Assembly (NCBI RefSeq): GCF_001194135.2
Contig: NC_068985.1
Location: forward strand, 53,420,610-53,455,612
Length of the DNA: 35,003 bases
Source: Octopus bimaculoides
Lineage: Eukaryota
Direction: 5' to 3'
In this document: piece after piece, positions 33,966 through 35,003 of the stretch
Layout: every line of letters starts with the position of its first letter
Numbering within the stretch: position 1 is the first letter of the stretch
Notes under the pieces: model-generated
The model's input: only the letters and a program-made list of their open reading frames with translations
Told to the model about the DNA's origin: nothing
Databases searched by the model: none
Made by a program: the position numbers and the translations under genes

Positions 33966-34787
33966 TGATCTAATCAAGCAGGAACATGTTCAGAGACACT
34001 CCAACCGTGACCATCCCATCGATTGAGGGCCCACTATCTAGAACTACATTGTCTAAGATGTCATTCACTTTTTTAGCAACATGTTAGGATGGGGCGATGT
34101 TTTGAGAGTGATATGGCTACTATTTCTGGCCTGTAGAGAGCCCTCGTAAGGAGACCCTTATTCGTTCTATTCTTTCGTTTAATATATTCATTGTGTCTTT
34201 GTGCTTTTTTTTTTTTTTTTGATGATGTTTTTAAAATTTCTTTTGTACATTTTGTCGTTGTTGTTTACCCTCAATGACGGTCCTGATTGGGAAAACCTCT
34301 AATCAGAAAAAGTTCCAGCCGTGACCACCACGATTTTTTTTCTAGGTATAGTAAACTCTGGACTACATAAACAATGCGTCCTTTCTTACTTAAAGACAAC
34401 AGTGTGTTTTTCAAGAGAGATTTAGCAGCTATTTTAACCCTTAAATGGCGAACATAATTAATTAATGATCCAGTAGAGAAGAGCGGAGCATATCACTTGA
34501 TGTTTCAAATAGATTATATGGATACAGCCATTATAAAAAGAAAGTAAATATTTTAAAACACGTTTCGATAATGAGATAATATGTGTTAGTGTGCGAGAAA
34601 ATAACAATTATCATAGTTTATAAACTTATTTAAAATGAAAATAAGTATCAAAATTACCCTTAAGGAAAACAGATAATTACCACTTTTTATTTTTGTCTAT
34701 ATATACATACATGTATGTATGTATTGTGTGTACGTATGTATGTATGTATGTATGTATGCATGTATGTATGCATGTATGTATGTATAC

Positions 34788-35003
34788 TCCTTTACTCCTT
34801 TACTTGTTTCAGTCATTTGACTGCGGCCATGCTGGAGCACCGCCTTTAGTCGACCAAATCGACCCCGGGACTTATTCTTTGTAAGCCTAGTACTTATTCT
34901 ATCGGTCTCTTTTGCCGAACCGCTAAGTGACAGGACATAAACACACCAGCATCGGTTGTCAAGTAATGCTAGGGGGACAAACAGACACACAAACACACAC
35001 ACA
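34788..35003 (-). mobile_element. SINE family B tail module with (TATG)n extension at about 34700-34787
   Basis: Near-consensus CAGTCATTTGACTGCGGCCATGCTGGAGCACCGCC...; continues beyond the window. Confidence 0.9.

Noticed and set aside
33975-34440. Two decayed copies of a further repeat (CCGTGACCA..GCTATTT)
   Set aside because: Similarity is too short to define boundaries or class.

Overview
AT-rich animal genomic DNA, almost entirely repeats, with 10 N-gaps (3,992 bp, about 11%). No host protein-coding exon, true tRNA/rRNA gene or CRISPR array could be supported. The SINE and microsatellite repertoire looks like an octopus genome (inference, not a database result). Contents: about 9 decayed R4/Dong-like (RLE-type) LINE fragments, 4 L1/Tx1-like fragments including an internally deleted copy, at least 4 tRNA-headed SINE families, a 550-bp headless repeat that occurs three times between (TAA)n tracts, and mariner, Tigger/pogo and Helitron relics. 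The main signal not explained by the ORF track is a set of Penelope-like (PLE) relics carrying hammerhead ribozyme folds. (1) A 784-bp foldback (5528-6311) whose 120-bp inverted arms each hold a type I hammerhead and enclose a GIY-YIG endonuclease fragment without RT. (2) A hammerhead with intact core and long stem II at 29952-30038 (-). (3) A second foldback (19092-19607) with a degenerate hammerhead-like core. A second theme is that three unrelated element types end in, or insert into, (TAA/TTA)n microsatellites. All protein and RNA assignments are by manual motif recognition, and many boundaries are approximate.
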